Shown here piece after piece: positions 34,384 through 44,872 of a stretch of 57,547 nt of DNA (positions within the stretch are counted from its first letter, which is position 1; every line of letters starts with the position of its first letter). A program made the translations under genes and the position numbers. This DNA comes from Pseudomonadota bacterium (GTDB taxonomy: Bacteria; Bdellovibrionota_C; UBA2361; OMII01). Below the pieces are notes generated by a model. That model ran no database searches, was not told the DNA's origin, and worked only from the letters and a program-made list of their open reading frames with translations. The DNA lies in contig JAIXQT010000132.1 in NCBI GenBank assembly GCA_027485595.1, positions 1 through 57,547 of the forward strand, read 5' to 3'.

Positions 34384-36291
34384 ATGCATATGAAGGTTTA
34401 TCGGGCTCTTGGCGTACCTCTCCTGGCGCTTTTGTGTTCATGCGCCGCCGTGAAAGTGAAGAGCGTTGATCCAACGGATACACTTCGCGAGTTTAGGCAG
34501 GACATCCTCTCCTCTGAAACTCTGAGCCCGTTTTCCCTCCAAGCGTTACGTATGGCGGGAATCACTCAACAGCAGGCACTTGAGGATGGAATTGATGAAG
34601 CCGACCGAATTCAATTTGAGAAATTCGCTACCCCAATTGATCGGGCGTATGTTGAGAGTGAGCTGGCTATAGGGCGCGCTCAAATTCTTGAGCGCTCACA
34701 GCCTGAAAAAGCGGTGGGACTCTATCTGCACGCAGCGGACCTCGCCTCTCAAGGTGTGTTTTTGAAAGAGTGTCGGGCGCCCGTCGACATCCGGTGCGAC
34801 AGCTTTAAGGTGTTCTACGATCGCGCGGTACGGGGGGTGGTTTCCTACCTTACACAGAAAGAGTGGAAGCTGGATGCGCCGCTCCAGTTTCCATCAGGCG
34901 CAGGCCGAACGTTTTCTCTCAATGTGACTCGAAAGGGGCCTGTTGAGAATCCATCCGAGTACGCTTCTATCACTCCGGCGTCCTCAATCGGTCTTGAGGG
35001 ATTAACGAATCGGCACCGTCAAAACGGGATTGGTGTTAGTTTGGTGGCGTGCCGTCCGCGCCGCGATACGAGTAAGGAGGAGATGTATCTTCCAAGAGTC
35101 GGTGTGTGTTTGCCATTGACAGCGGTTGTTCGTTTCCCTCAAAAGAGCTGTCATGAGGCACGGTGTGAGGCGTGGCTTGACCTTGTGAATTCAGTGACAG
35201 GAGAGACTGAATACAAGTTCAACGGCGCGACGTTACCACTCGCCGCGGATTATACAGCGCCCCTTGCCGCGCTCGTTGAGCGGACCGGTATGGGTGGTTG
35301 GGATGGTCTTTTCGACGCCATTCAAGGTAACGAGGAGCTACTCAAGAATACTGGATTTTACACGACAGAGCCTTACAACGCGGGAAAGATTCCTCTCATC
35401 ACCGTGCATGGGCTCTTTTCGAATCCGATTACGTGGCTCGATGTCCATAACGATCTGATGGGAGATCCCGTGATTCGAGAGAACTTTCAGATCTGGCACT
35501 ATCTCTATCCGACATCTTTACCGATCGTGGAGAACGCGAAGACCTTTCGCGAGAAGCTTGATGAGCTGCACGACTACCTCCTAGCTACTTCCCCCAAGGG
35601 AACAACTCCGCCTCACATGGTTGTTATCTCGCACAGTATGGGTGGCTTGTTGACGCGCACGGCAGTTGTCAAAGATAGTAACGCGCTGCAGGAGTTCTTC
35701 TTCGAGGACCCTAAGAGGGTTCGGGAATTGGATAAGGAGGTTCAAGCGCAGATCAACGCATACCTCAACTTCAGTCGAAAACCGTATATTGACCGAGTCG
35801 TATTCGTGGCAGTTCCTCACCGAGGCAGCGAGATAGCGGATAACTGGATAGGCCGGATCGGCCGAGCGCTTCTCTCCCTGCCTAAGACAATCGTTCAAAA
35901 GTCAGTGGCGGTTGCTCGAGGGGCTCGAAACATCCTTCGCCCGGATCTCCGCACAGAGTTTGATGGTGGGGAGCCGTCAAGTATTCGGGGACTTTCGGCG
36001 AAGAATCCAACGTTAATCGCCCTGTCCCGGTTGGAGATCGATTCTAACGTGCCATATCACTCCATCATCGGGGACCGGGGATTAGGAGATTCTCCTCTCA
36101 GTTCCGATGGCGTGGTCGCGTACTCCAGTTCCCACGTCGACGGCGCAGATTCGGAATTGATCGTCCCCGCCGATCATACCGCGCATGCACATCCGAAGGC
36201 GGTGAGCGAGATTCGACGGATCTTGAGATATCACATCGAGCAGGTCGCGAAGGAAACCAACTCAGTTAAGAGCTCTAAGGCAGTACGGTAA
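34384..36291 (+). CDS. lipoprotein with a C-terminal alpha/beta-hydrolase (lipase/esterase-like) domain
   Basis: It has a lipobox (LLALLCSCAA), a nucleophile elbow VVISHSMGGLLTR and a downstream PHRGSE motif. The C-terminal H is in the ADHTAH context. Confidence 0.65.
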   Translation: MHMKVYRALGVPLLALLCSCAAVKVKSVDPTDTLREFRQDILSSETLSPFSLQALRMAGITQQQALEDGIDEADRIQFEKFATPIDRAYVESELAIGRAQILERSQPEKAVGLYLHAADLASQGVFLKECRAPVDIRCDSFKVFYDRAVRGVVSYLTQKEWKLDAPLQFPSGAGRTFSLNVTRKGPVENPSEYASITPASSIGLEGLTNRHRQNGIGVSLVACRPRRDTSKEEMYLPRVGVCLPLTAVVRFPQKSCHEARCEAWLDLVNSVTGETEYKFNGATLPLAADYTAPLAALVERTGMGGWDGLFDAIQGNEELLKNTGFYTTEPYNAGKIPLITVHGLFSNPITWLDVHNDLMGDPVIRENFQIWHYLYPTSLPIVENAKTFREKLDELHDYLLATSPKGTTPPHMVVISHSMGGLLTRTAVVKDSNALQEFFFEDPKRVRELDKEVQAQINAYLNFSRKPYIDRVVFVAVPHRGSEIADNWIGRIGRALLSLPKTIVQKSVAVARGARNILRPDLRTEFDGGEPSSIRGLSAKNPTLIALSRLEIDSNVPYHSIIGDRGLGDSPLSSDGVVAYSSSHVDGADSELIVPADHTAHAHPKAVSEIRRILRYHIEQVAKETNSVKSSKAVR

Positions 36292-36305
36292 AGGGTCGAC
36301 GCTCG

Positions 36306-37316
36306 ATGAAGAGCTTCTTGTCCAAACTTGCGTGGTCAACGGTGGTAGTGGCCCTCGGTGGCTGGAGCATTCTCGTACTGCTCTACTCACCAGCCCTTCC
36401 AGTGGTGATGAGAGTTCCGGCCACGCTGTTTGTTGCGGGCCTCCTTCTCATCTCGTTCTTCCGCTGGAGATATCGCCGCTGGCTAAGAATTACGACACTT
36501 GTGATCTTCGCTTGTGTGGGAGCTTTGTGGACCTCCCTGAGACCCTCGCATGACAGGACATGGACACAGGATGTGGCACGGGTGCCCTGGGGAGAGGTTC
36601 GTGGTGACGAGGTCGTCGTTCATAACGTGCGTAACTTCCTCTATCGAACCGACGAGGACTTCGATGCTCGATATGAAGACCGAACGGTACGGCTCAGCGA
36701 CCTCTCTGAGGTCGATATTCTTGTGACGTATTGGGGAAGTAAGCCGATCGCGCACATCATGGTGAGTTTCGGTTTCGGGGATAACCAGTTTCTTGCGATC
36801 TCGATCGAGACCAGGAAGGAGCTAGGCGAGTCGTATTCCGCCGTTAACGGGTTTTTCCGCAACTATGAGCTGGCGTATGTCGTGGCAGATGAGCGTGACG
36901 TGGTCACTCTTCGAACCAACTACCGAGATCCCCAGGAGCAGGTGTACGTACTTCGGACACAGATCGCGATTGAGAACGGAAGAAAGCTCTTTCTTGACTA
37001 CATTAGGAGCATGAATAAGCTCCGGGATCGTCCGCAATTCTACAATACTCTTACGACGAACTGCACCACACAGGTCTTGCGCCATGTGTGGGCATTCGGC
37101 AGTGACGCCCGATACAATTGGCAGATCTTGTTGAGTGGCTACGTGCCCGAGTATCTCTATGACAACGATACCCTGATGCCCGGGATGACTCTCGACGAAA
37201 TCATGAGGAGTTCACTCGTAAACGAAAAGGCCCACGCGGTTCCGCTCGACGATACCTTCTCAAAAGCGATTCGCGTAGGGGTCCCTCGTCCCCCGGCGCG
37301 TGGAAGGGGGGAGTAG
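36306..37316 (+). CDS. DUF4105 domain-containing membrane protein
   Basis: It has three N-terminal TM helices followed by FRNYELAYVVADERDV...YNTLTTNCTTQV, which is typical of DUF4105. Confidence 0.75.
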   Translation: MKSFLSKLAWSTVVVALGGWSILVLLYSPALPVVMRVPATLFVAGLLLISFFRWRYRRWLRITTLVIFACVGALWTSLRPSHDRTWTQDVARVPWGEVRGDEVVVHNVRNFLYRTDEDFDARYEDRTVRLSDLSEVDILVTYWGSKPIAHIMVSFGFGDNQFLAISIETRKELGESYSAVNGFFRNYELAYVVADERDVVTLRTNYRDPQEQVYVLRTQIAIENGRKLFLDYIRSMNKLRDRPQFYNTLTTNCTTQVLRHVWAFGSDARYNWQILLSGYVPEYLYDNDTLMPGMTLDEIMRSSLVNEKAHAVPLDDTFSKAIRVGVPRPPARGRGE

Positions 37317-37320
37317 TGAA

Positions 37321-38742
37321 ATGAGTTACACTCTTATATTTTCGCTCCTCCTGACGGTCTGTCACACGATTGGTGTCGGCACGGCATTGCACGCTCTCTA
37401 CTATTCAAGAAGTTCTCAGGGAGCGATAGCGTGGGTCCTCTTCCTGATGATCTTTCCGATTATCGGCGTGCCAGCTTACTTCGTGTTCGGGCGAACTCGA
37501 TTCTTTGGGTACAGGGAGCGGATCAAGCGGATGTTGGACACGCATCGCGCGGTCTTCGCTGAATATAGAGCGAGATTAGCAGAGCACCGACTAGCGAATC
37601 GGTCGGGCAGAAAGGTCGATCCGTTGGAGCACATCGGTGGAAATGACATCCTGTTGGGTAATCGCGTCGAACTGTTGATTGATGGAGAGAGAACATTCGC
37701 CGCGCTCTTCGACGCCCTCGAAAAAGCTCGTTCTTACATCCTCGTTGAGTTCTTCATTATCAAAGACGATACGTTGGGGCGGGCGCTTCAAGAGCGACTC
37801 ATTCGCAAGGCTCAAGAGGGTGTGTCCGTGTTCGTTTTATTCGATGAGGTTGGCAGCAGCAAGTTGCCATCCTCCTACATCACAGAATTAGAGCAGGCAG
37901 GGGTCCGAATTAATCGGTTCCACACCCGACAGGGGGTAGGTAATTTCTTTCAGGTTAACTTTCGAAACCATCGAAAGATCGTGGTCGTAGATGGAGTAGC
38001 CGCATTTGTTGGTGGGCACAACGTAGGTGATGAGTATCTCGGAAAAGGAAAGAAATTCTCATCCTGGCGGGATACCCATATAAAGATTGAGGGGCCCGCG
38101 GCGCTTCCGTTGCAAGGTATCTTCTGCGCCGATTGGGCGTGGGCAACGGGTACTCTTCCATCAATCTCAATTCCTGAGATTGAGCCTGTTGGCGAGAGCG
38201 ATGTTTTGGTGGTGGCTTCGGGACCGGCGGACCCAAATGAGCGATGCACCTTGCTCTTCTTAGAGGCGATCACCCGAGCAAAAGATCGAGTGTGGATCGC
38301 GAGCCCTTACTTCGTGCCGGATGAGTCCATTCTGCGAGCGCTCCAATTAGCCGCGATGAGAGGTGTCGATGTTCGCGTTTTGTTGCCTGAGAAAGCGGAC
38401 CACCTCATGGTGTGGCTCGCTTCCTTCTCATATGTGCCGGAGGTTACCGCGGTAGGCGTTAAGGTATTCCGATATACAGAGGGGTTCCTGCATCAGAAGG
38501 TATTTCTTGTTGATGATTACCTCAGCGCGGTTGGTACCGCGAACCTTGATAACCGATCCTTACGCCTCAATTTTGAGGTGACGGCGCTGGTGTACGACAG
38601 CTCATTTTGTTCCCGAGTCGGTGAGATGCTGACAGCTGATTTTGCGAGGAGTCGAGATGTAAGCTCGATGACATTTAGCGAGCTCTCACTTTTTAAAAAG
38701 TTGGGCTCTAAAGCGGCGCGACTCTTCTCTCCGGTTCTGTAG
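37321..38742 (+). CDS. cls: cardiolipin synthase (PLD superfamily, two HKD motifs)
   Basis: It has two N-terminal TM helices and HKD motifs NHRKIVVVDGVAAFVGGHNVGDEY and LHQKVFLVDDYLSAVGTANLDNRS. The ATG at 37321 is preceded by GGGGGAG. Confidence 0.9.
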   Translation: MSYTLIFSLLLTVCHTIGVGTALHALYYSRSSQGAIAWVLFLMIFPIIGVPAYFVFGRTRFFGYRERIKRMLDTHRAVFAEYRARLAEHRLANRSGRKVDPLEHIGGNDILLGNRVELLIDGERTFAALFDALEKARSYILVEFFIIKDDTLGRALQERLIRKAQEGVSVFVLFDEVGSSKLPSSYITELEQAGVRINRFHTRQGVGNFFQVNFRNHRKIVVVDGVAAFVGGHNVGDEYLGKGKKFSSWRDTHIKIEGPAALPLQGIFCADWAWATGTLPSISIPEIEPVGESDVLVVASGPADPNERCTLLFLEAITRAKDRVWIASPYFVPDESILRALQLAAMRGVDVRVLLPEKADHLMVWLASFSYVPEVTAVGVKVFRYTEGFLHQKVFLVDDYLSAVGTANLDNRSLRLNFEVTALVYDSSFCSRVGEMLTADFARSRDVSSMTFSELSLFKKLGSKAARLFSPVL

Positions 38743-38759
38743 TCGCGACGGTCGCTTCG

Positions 38760-39839
38760 TTATTTCGGCCTGTCGCGCAAGGTGATGTAGAGGTCGGAGA
38801 CGGTCGCGCCTGGAGTCAAGTTCCTCAGGCCATACGTTGAGCTCGCAGGGCTTGATTCAGTGTATTGGTAGATATAGATGCGAGCGATACCCGGCATTGT
38901 CCTCTTGAGAAACGCGAAGATTCGCTCCGCGTAGTCGAGCTGCTTGTTCACCCCCTGGGCTCCCGTTTCAGTAACCCAAATGGGCTTCTGGATTGTGTTG
39001 ACGAAGTCAGCAACCCCACCTGGAAGGATGACTCGCTCAACGCTCTTGCCATAAAAATGAATGGCGTACACATCGGTGAAGTTAAGCGCGCCAGCCTCCA
39101 CCATGGACCTATTATAGTTCAACGTGTCCGGGAAATTTTGGGCTATAGCTGTTGTGGCGCCGTTGACGACCCGTTTGCGGGGAGAAATGCCCTTGATTGC
39201 CCCATGGCTGAGCGCGAGGAGTTCAACATAGTTCGCCGGTTTCGTGAGCACGTCTAATGTCTCATTCTCCGAGAAGCTGGGATTATTCGGCTCATTCCAG
39301 ATTTGGTAGGCACCGATGCGTGATCGCCTCTTGTATCGATGTGCCACCTTCTTGACCCACAATTCTACAAATGTAGATCGGGGACTTCCCCCCACCCAAT
39401 TTCGGGGGTCTTTTACCCAGGATGGGGCCCCAGTAAGAATAACGAGAGCCTCCGTTCGCGCTGGAAGGGAGGAGATGATCTGATCGTACAGTCCGAAGTT
39501 CGGGGTGGCTGATGGAGAGGGTTGTACTTGGTCGTTCCAGGCGACAAGGACGCGAACTTTTCTTATCCCAAGATTGGATGTGACATCTCGTAGCTGTGAT
39601 CGAATGGGGCCGAAGCGTGAGTCGTTAAGAAATGAATTGAGACCGAGCAGAGAATAGGGGATAGCTTTTCGAGGGGTAAGAAAATCCTCGAAAAAAGCTT
39701 TAGGAGAGACCTCTGGAGCCGGAGGTTGTCCAAACGCGACCGTCGCGGAGATGGCGCTGGCGGTAAGGCTGAGGACCACGAAGGTGGCCCAGGTTCGTAA
39801 CCGTGTTGAGTGCGATCTCATGAGGTGTAAGCGGCCCAT
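38760..39839 (-). CDS. secreted glycoside hydrolase, clan GH-A (GH5/cellulase-like TIM barrel)
   Basis: It has a signal peptide, the acid/base motif YQIWNEPN and the nucleophile motif IWVTETG. Confidence 0.7.
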   Translation of the reverse strand: MGRLHLMRSHSTRLRTWATFVVLSLTASAISATVAFGQPPAPEVSPKAFFEDFLTPRKAIPYSLLGLNSFLNDSRFGPIRSQLRDVTSNLGIRKVRVLVAWNDQVQPSPSATPNFGLYDQIISSLPARTEALVILTGAPSWVKDPRNWVGGSPRSTFVELWVKKVAHRYKRRSRIGAYQIWNEPNNPSFSENETLDVLTKPANYVELLALSHGAIKGISPRKRVVNGATTAIAQNFPDTLNYNRSMVEAGALNFTDVYAIHFYGKSVERVILPGGVADFVNTIQKPIWVTETGAQGVNKQLDYAERIFAFLKRTMPGIARIYIYQYTESSPASSTYGLRNLTPGATVSDLYITLRDRPK

Positions 39840-40031
39840 TGCTCCTCAGTATATGCTCGTTTCTCTTTAGACGCATGTTCATAACCGGCGGATCGGGTTA
39901 TTTTTCAAGCCCTCGATTCACGCACGATGCGAGCCATGCAAGGAGGGAGCTGACATACAAAGCTATTGTGGTCCGTGAGGTGCAGGCCTACCATAAGCGT
40001 ATAAAGTAGTTAAGGTTTTTTGGTGCGCCTT

Positions 40032-41312
40032 ATGGGTCGAATCTCTCTCGTTGCGCTTGCGTTCCTGGTACTCGTTGTGGGGGCGAACGGTTCCGCTGCT
40101 GAGGGGCTCCTAGACTATGTTATGTCGAAGGGGGCTCCAACCGAGGTTTCTGTTCTCGAAAAGGGGGAGCACGGTCCGATTCGAGTCTCCTTTCAAAGTC
40201 AGGTGTGGCGGGAGATCCCCTGGCGTCATGAGCTTTTGATCAAGTATCCGCAAAAGATCGATCGAGATGATGTCGTTGTTGTCCTTCTTACCGGTGGTAG
40301 TGGCGGTGACACCCACCAGGCGAGTGCGCAAAAACTAGCCGATGCTCTGGGGATACGAGCGGTCCTTTTGACAAAGGTGCCCAATCAACCGCTCTTCGAT
40401 GGAAAGACAGAGGATGTTCTTCTTTCTCATACCCTCGATCAATATCGACGGAGTGGTGACGCAACGTGGCCCCTTCTTTTCCCGATGGTCACAAGCGTTG
40501 TTAAAGGCATAGACACCTTACAGATAACCTTGGGGAACCCTCATCTCAAGGTTATCGTCGTGGGGGCCTCGAAACGTGGGTGGACTACCTATCTCACTGG
40601 CGCGGTTGATAAGCGCGTCGTTGGGATCGTGCCAGCGGTGTATGAGATGATATCCATACCCCGACAGGTGGCGCTCGCGCGGGAGCGGTACGGCCGTGAC
40701 TCAGAAAAGATCCGTCCGTATACGGCGCTCGGATTAACTGACGATCTGCTCGAGCCTCGAGTATCCACGATGATAACGTGGATAGATCCTGTGGCCTACT
40801 TCTCTCGCCTCACCATGCCCAAATTGCTCCTATTGGGGGCTAACGACCCGTACTGGGTTGTTGACTCAGTTCGTGAGTACTGGAACAAGCTGCCTGGGCC
40901 CAAGATGCTTCGCATTCTACCAAACGTAGGGCATGGGGTACTGAGTGAGGCTGCAGCTTCCGAAGCTATCGTCTCTTTCGTGCGGCTTGTCATGGATAAG
41001 GTTTCATTGCCGGTCGCTGAATGGAAGTTCTCAGGAGTGGCGAACGGTAGGGCATTAGTTTCAGGACGTGGTAATGAGCCTGTTGTTCGGTGCACCGCGT
41101 GGCGCGCTCTTTCTGAGGACACCGACTTTCGAGACGCAGAGTTTCGCGCAAGTCCTTGCGAGGTGACGAGGGATGGTAAGGGATTTCAATCGGTAGTTTC
41201 CGTGCCGTCGACGGAGAATGCCGCCGTCTTCGTTGATGTAGAAACCGTGGGCGGAGGTGGGCAGAAGCTCCTCCTCTCCACTGAGTCTCAGGTTTATCTC
41301 CGACAGCAGTAG
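40032..41312 (+). CDS. PhoPQ-activated pathogenicity-related (PqaA-type) family protein, secreted
   Basis: It has a signal peptide. The segments WRHELLIKYP...VVVLLTGG and GASKRGWTTYLTGAVDKRVVGIVPAVYEM resemble this family. The ORF frame opens at a TTG at 40020. Confidence 0.65.
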   Translation: MGRISLVALAFLVLVVGANGSAAEGLLDYVMSKGAPTEVSVLEKGEHGPIRVSFQSQVWREIPWRHELLIKYPQKIDRDDVVVVLLTGGSGGDTHQASAQKLADALGIRAVLLTKVPNQPLFDGKTEDVLLSHTLDQYRRSGDATWPLLFPMVTSVVKGIDTLQITLGNPHLKVIVVGASKRGWTTYLTGAVDKRVVGIVPAVYEMISIPRQVALARERYGRDSEKIRPYTALGLTDDLLEPRVSTMITWIDPVAYFSRLTMPKLLLLGANDPYWVVDSVREYWNKLPGPKMLRILPNVGHGVLSEAAASEAIVSFVRLVMDKVSLPVAEWKFSGVANGRALVSGRGNEPVVRCTAWRALSEDTDFRDAEFRASPCEVTRDGKGFQSVVSVPSTENAAVFVDVETVGGGGQKLLLSTESQVYLRQQ

Positions 41313-41558
41313 TTACTCAGCCAGGGGCCAGAGCGGACTTTGGCTGGTACCGCTCTGATAATCTACGCTCCTCGGGATACATAGCGAACTGGCTAAAAAC
41401 GGAACGTAGCTGCTCTAATGAACTGAATTCGTGACACCTTCTTTTTGATTGAGGGCGTGGCGGCCGCTGCGATACGATGAAGGTCAAAGAAAACGTGTTA
41501 GATCACGGGATCTGCACAGAGCCTTTGTTACTCGGCCGATTGTTCATCACCAACCCTT

Positions 41559-42188
41559 ATGTACACGCTACTCTTGATAGATTTGGACGGAGTCATAAGG
41601 CTCTGGCCGGAGCACATAGACCGACAAATCGAAGTTGCAGCTGGTCTTCCGGCTGGTGCGATCAAACGCGCAGCATTCTCAGTCGACATCCTGGAGCCAG
41701 CCATCACAGGGCGGTGTACTGATGACGAGTGGCGTCGTGCTATTGAACTGAAACTCGCGACAACGACTGGTCTCGCTATCGCAACAGAAACCATTCGTCG
41801 ATGGTCGATGTCATCGGGGGCAGTCAATGCGCCTTGCTTGCAGCTCCTTGAAGAGTTGTCCGAGAGTGTTCGGATAGCGCTGGTGACTAACGCGACGTCT
41901 CGTCTTAACGATGACCTAAGGGCACTGGGCATTCAGGAGCGGTTTGGGTCGGTTTTCAACTCATCACAAATGGGCGTCGCTAAGCCGGAGCGTGCCTTTT
42001 TTGAGCAGGTCCTGGATGTTACAGGCACCGATCCGAGCGCAACTCTCTATGTCGATGACTCCGGTTCGAATGTGAATGCCGCGCGTGAGTTGGGGATCCA
42101 GAGCCACCTCTTCGAAGATGCTCAAAATCTGCGAAGATTTTTGGAGGCCGCAGATGTCTTGCAACGGGCCAAGATGTATAGCCAATAG
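41559..42188 (+). CDS. HAD-superfamily hydrolase
   Basis: Motif I is LLLIDLDGVI, motif II is LVTNAT, and motifs III/IV are KPE...YVDDSGSNVNAARELGI. Confidence 0.8.
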   Translation: MYTLLLIDLDGVIRLWPEHIDRQIEVAAGLPAGAIKRAAFSVDILEPAITGRCTDDEWRRAIELKLATTTGLAIATETIRRWSMSSGAVNAPCLQLLEELSESVRIALVTNATSRLNDDLRALGIQERFGSVFNSSQMGVAKPERAFFEQVLDVTGTDPSATLYVDDSGSNVNAARELGIQSHLFEDAQNLRRFLEAADVLQRAKMYSQ

Positions 42189-42704
42189 CTGCAGCGGACC
42201 CTCGATAAACAGGCGCCGCTGAGTGCTATGTGATGGACTGTGGTACGAATTACTCGAGAGCAAGAATGACTTGTAAAACTTTTGACAACGGGACACCTTA
42301 GCGTTCCTGAGCGCAGCGAGTTACATGGAGGAACAGTTCGTGCGTCAGTGACCAGAGAACTCATAACAGAAAGGCTCAGGCAGGGCTGATTCCCTGGGAC
42401 AAGCAATTCACGCTCGGGAATGTAGGTGGCGAATACCTACAACTTGAGCTCACGAAATCTGGCCAACGAATTCTGAATTGTAATACCGAATCAGGTCTTT
42501 AACGGTATGTTCATCAAACCAAAGAGTTGGTGTCGACGGCATCTGCGGTGGAAGAATTCCTAAGGGATTGTGAGCAGCGCGACTTGGACGGATTGAAGAT
42601 TGAGTGGGGCTCCTAAAGCGTCCCAAAGATACATTCGATTAAGGGCGGCAGCTCCAGTCCTTCGGATCCTTGAACCTTTAAGACGCCCCCCGTAGCCCTA
42701 AACG

Positions 42705-43229
42705 TCAGGTATCCCCACTTCCTCCGAAGCCAATTCGCCTCTTTTTGGGCGGTTCCGCCGGCGACATGAGCTCGCGAATAGCATCGAACACTACCTTGAA
42801 TTGCCGATCGTAGCGTTGTTCGAGTTCAGCAAGTTTACGAGCGAGCTCCTGATTTGACGAAATGAATGACCGAAGTTTTACGAAGGCGCGCATGATTTCG
42901 ATGTTTACCCGTACCGCTTTCTTGCTTCGTAAAACGGTGGATAGCATGGCAATCCCCTGTTCGGTGAAAACCAGAGGACGGTAACGGCGCCCACCATAAG
43001 AGGAACTTGAGATCCCAATTTGGGATCTCAAGTTCATAACCTCCTGATCTGATAATTGAAACATGAAGTCAGCTGGAAAGCGATCTGCGTTACGCCTCAC
43101 GGCCCGGGTTAGAATTCTCGTCTCAACGTCGTACAGCCGAGCTAGGTCTTCGTCCAACATCACTTTGTGACCGCGGACCAGGTAGATCAGATTTTCAACA
43201 TTCATCGGTAGAAGGGAATTGTCAGTCAT
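42705..43229 (-). CDS. ORF6N (KilA-N-like) domain DNA-binding protein, phage/mobile-element associated
   Basis: IYLVRGHKVMLDEDLARLYDVETRILTRAVRRNADRFPADFMFQLSDQE is the ORF6N signature. Confidence 0.8.
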   Translation of the reverse strand: MTDNSLLPMNVENLIYLVRGHKVMLDEDLARLYDVETRILTRAVRRNADRFPADFMFQLSDQEVMNLRSQIGISSSSYGGRRYRPLVFTEQGIAMLSTVLRSKKAVRVNIEIMRAFVKLRSFISSNQELARKLAELEQRYDRQFKVVFDAIRELMSPAEPPKKRRIGFGGSGDT

Positions 43230-43378
43230 AGCACCTCCAACTAATCTATCGCCAAAAATGACAGTAAGTTGCCTCGAGCCATAACCAAGACGAGGACAGG
43301 ACGGACCAAAGGTCTTTCGTGGTCGGGAAATGAATAGTCTGTTGTGAGACTGGTGAGCCGCCTGTCTCGCGTAACGTT

Positions 43379-43819
43379 ATGCACCAATCCTCGCCCTACA
43401 ACTCAACATCAGTGCGCGCCATCATCCTCCACGCCGACAAGATTCTTGTTGAATGGCTTGAATCCAAGGGGATTGCGTTTTTACCCGGTGGAACTGTCGA
43501 GCCCGGAGAGGATCTTTTAGAGGCGTTGAACCGGGAGTTGCATGAGGAAATCGAGGGTGCTGATTTCACGGTCGGTCGATATCGTGGCACTATTGGGCAT
43601 AGCTGGCTTGCATCAAACGGAAGCAACAGTTGCCTGAATCACTTCTATGAGGTTGAGCTATCACCGCAGAGCAACCCCACTGCAAGAGAATCGGGTCGGT
43701 GCCTCACGTGGATATCTCTCTCGGATCCAGTAGTGCAGCACCTTCAGCCCCCCAGTTTAAGGGCGCGGCTAAGTGAATCTAGCGAGGGGCTGTGGGATGA
43801 GTTCGATAGTGAGGACTAA
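43379..43819 (+). CDS. NUDIX hydrolase
   Basis: It has the Nudix box GGTVEPGEDLLEALNRELHEEIEG. Confidence 0.8.
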   Translation: MHQSSPYNSTSVRAIILHADKILVEWLESKGIAFLPGGTVEPGEDLLEALNRELHEEIEGADFTVGRYRGTIGHSWLASNGSNSCLNHFYEVELSPQSNPTARESGRCLTWISLSDPVVQHLQPPSLRARLSESSEGLWDEFDSED

Positions 43820-43874
43820 GCATCCGACCACTCATGACGTGGGTAGAAATCCCCTCGACGGTTCTCCTACGTAA

Positions 43875-44129
43875 ATGTATCACTTCGGATGCGAATCCAA
43901 CTATTTAATCCGAAGGTCGTCACCGTTTTTCCTCTTTTCAAGATAGGACCTCAGACCTCATGTACATGTGATATCATCGAACGGAGAGGCGAAATTTTGG
44001 CTTGAGCCCGTCGTCGCTCTGGCTGACTCAGATGGACTGAAGCCTCTTGAACTTCGGCGAATTCAAAAGATTGTGGAGCGTCAATGTGAAAAGTTCCGGA
44101 AAGCTTGGAAAGATTTTTTTGGGGTGTGA
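43875..44129 (+). pseudogene. DUF4160-family gene interrupted by an in-frame TAG
   Basis: My translation is MYHFGCESNYLIRRSSPFFLFSR * DLRPHVHVISSNGEAKFWLEPVVALADSDGLKPLELRRIQKIVERQCEKFRKAWKDFFGV. The in-frame amber codon is at 43944-43946. The FF.FS....PHVHV...EAKFWL pattern is typical of DUF4160. Confidence 0.6.
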
Positions 44130-44403
44130 GGTAGCGAATATCTCGCCGTTCGGAGTGTGGGTGCTCGTAAGTGGTCACGAGTATTTCCTCGACCACAAGA
44201 AATTCCCTTGGTTTAAAGGGGCAGCGGTTGAGGATGTCCTGAATGTAGAGAGCCCTAGGACAGGACATCTTAGGTGGCCAGCTCTTGATGTCGATTTGCA
44301 CCTAGAATCTATAAGTTCGCCGGAGCAGTTTCCTTTAGTGGCTCGTACCAAGGGGCATAACAAAAAGACGGTGCGGAGGATTAAACGTCCCCGCACGCAC
44401 TGA
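44119..44403 (+). CDS. DUF2442 domain-containing protein
   Basis: VWVLVSGHEYFLDHKKFPWFKGAAVEDVLNVESPRTGHLRWPALDVDLHLESI matches the DUF2442 pattern. It overlaps the end of the DUF4160 frame, as in the usual gene pair. The start is uncertain (TTG at 44119, or ATG at 44047 within the upstream frame). Confidence 0.65.
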   Translation: MGCEVANISPFGVWVLVSGHEYFLDHKKFPWFKGAAVEDVLNVESPRTGHLRWPALDVDLHLESISSPEQFPLVARTKGHNKKTVRRIKRPRTH

Positions 44404-44419
44404 CGTTACCGGAGTATCT

Positions 44420-44872
44420 ATGGAAAGCTGTACATCACAGCCGAGAAGCTTTCTAGCAAGGTGGAGAAAACGCCGACTCATTAAAAAGCAGGTCCGCAGC
44501 ATAGGGTTCGATCTGGTGCGTGCACACGGGAAGAAGCGTAGCTATAGTGCAAAAGAAGTTAAGACCGCTTGGGATCGTAGGGCCTATTCGCCCGATTTCA
44601 TGTGTTACGCTGTGGCGGCGTACACTTCACCCAGCGATTTCAACGACTACCACCTTGAACGCGGAGAGACTTGCGACTACGGCGAGATGCGCCGCGAAGT
44701 TGGAGATATTTGCTTTGGCGGTAATCATAGTTTCAACGTTCTTGATCTTGTAGGCACCGGCGCAGTTCTCGGTGCATCGGAATCGTCAGGCTGGTTCTCA
44801 GACCTATTCTCTTCAGGTGAATCGAGTTCAAGCGATGGCGATGGCGGTGGGGATTCTGGCGGGGATGATTGA
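44420..44872 (+). CDS. hypothetical protein with a Ser/Gly/Asp-rich acidic tail
   Basis: 150-aa ORF with a basic N-terminus (RWRKRRLIKKQVR) and a C-terminal SSGESSSSDGDGGGDSGGDD. I recognise no family. Confidence 0.4.
   Translation: MESCTSQPRSFLARWRKRRLIKKQVRSIGFDLVRAHGKKRSYSAKEVKTAWDRRAYSPDFMCYAVAAYTSPSDFNDYHLERGETCDYGEMRREVGDICFGGNHSFNVLDLVGTGAVLGASESSGWFSDLFSSGESSSSDGDGGGDSGGDD

Noticed and set aside
42122-42700. ORFs 41964..42296 and 42122..42406, together with short protein-like fragments (for example WFDEHTVKDLIRYYNSEFVGQIS on the minus strand), might represent a gene or a toxin-antitoxin remnant.
   Set aside because: The frames are broken by multiple stops, and I recognise no family. 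I cannot distinguish a decayed gene from chance ORFs without a blastx search.
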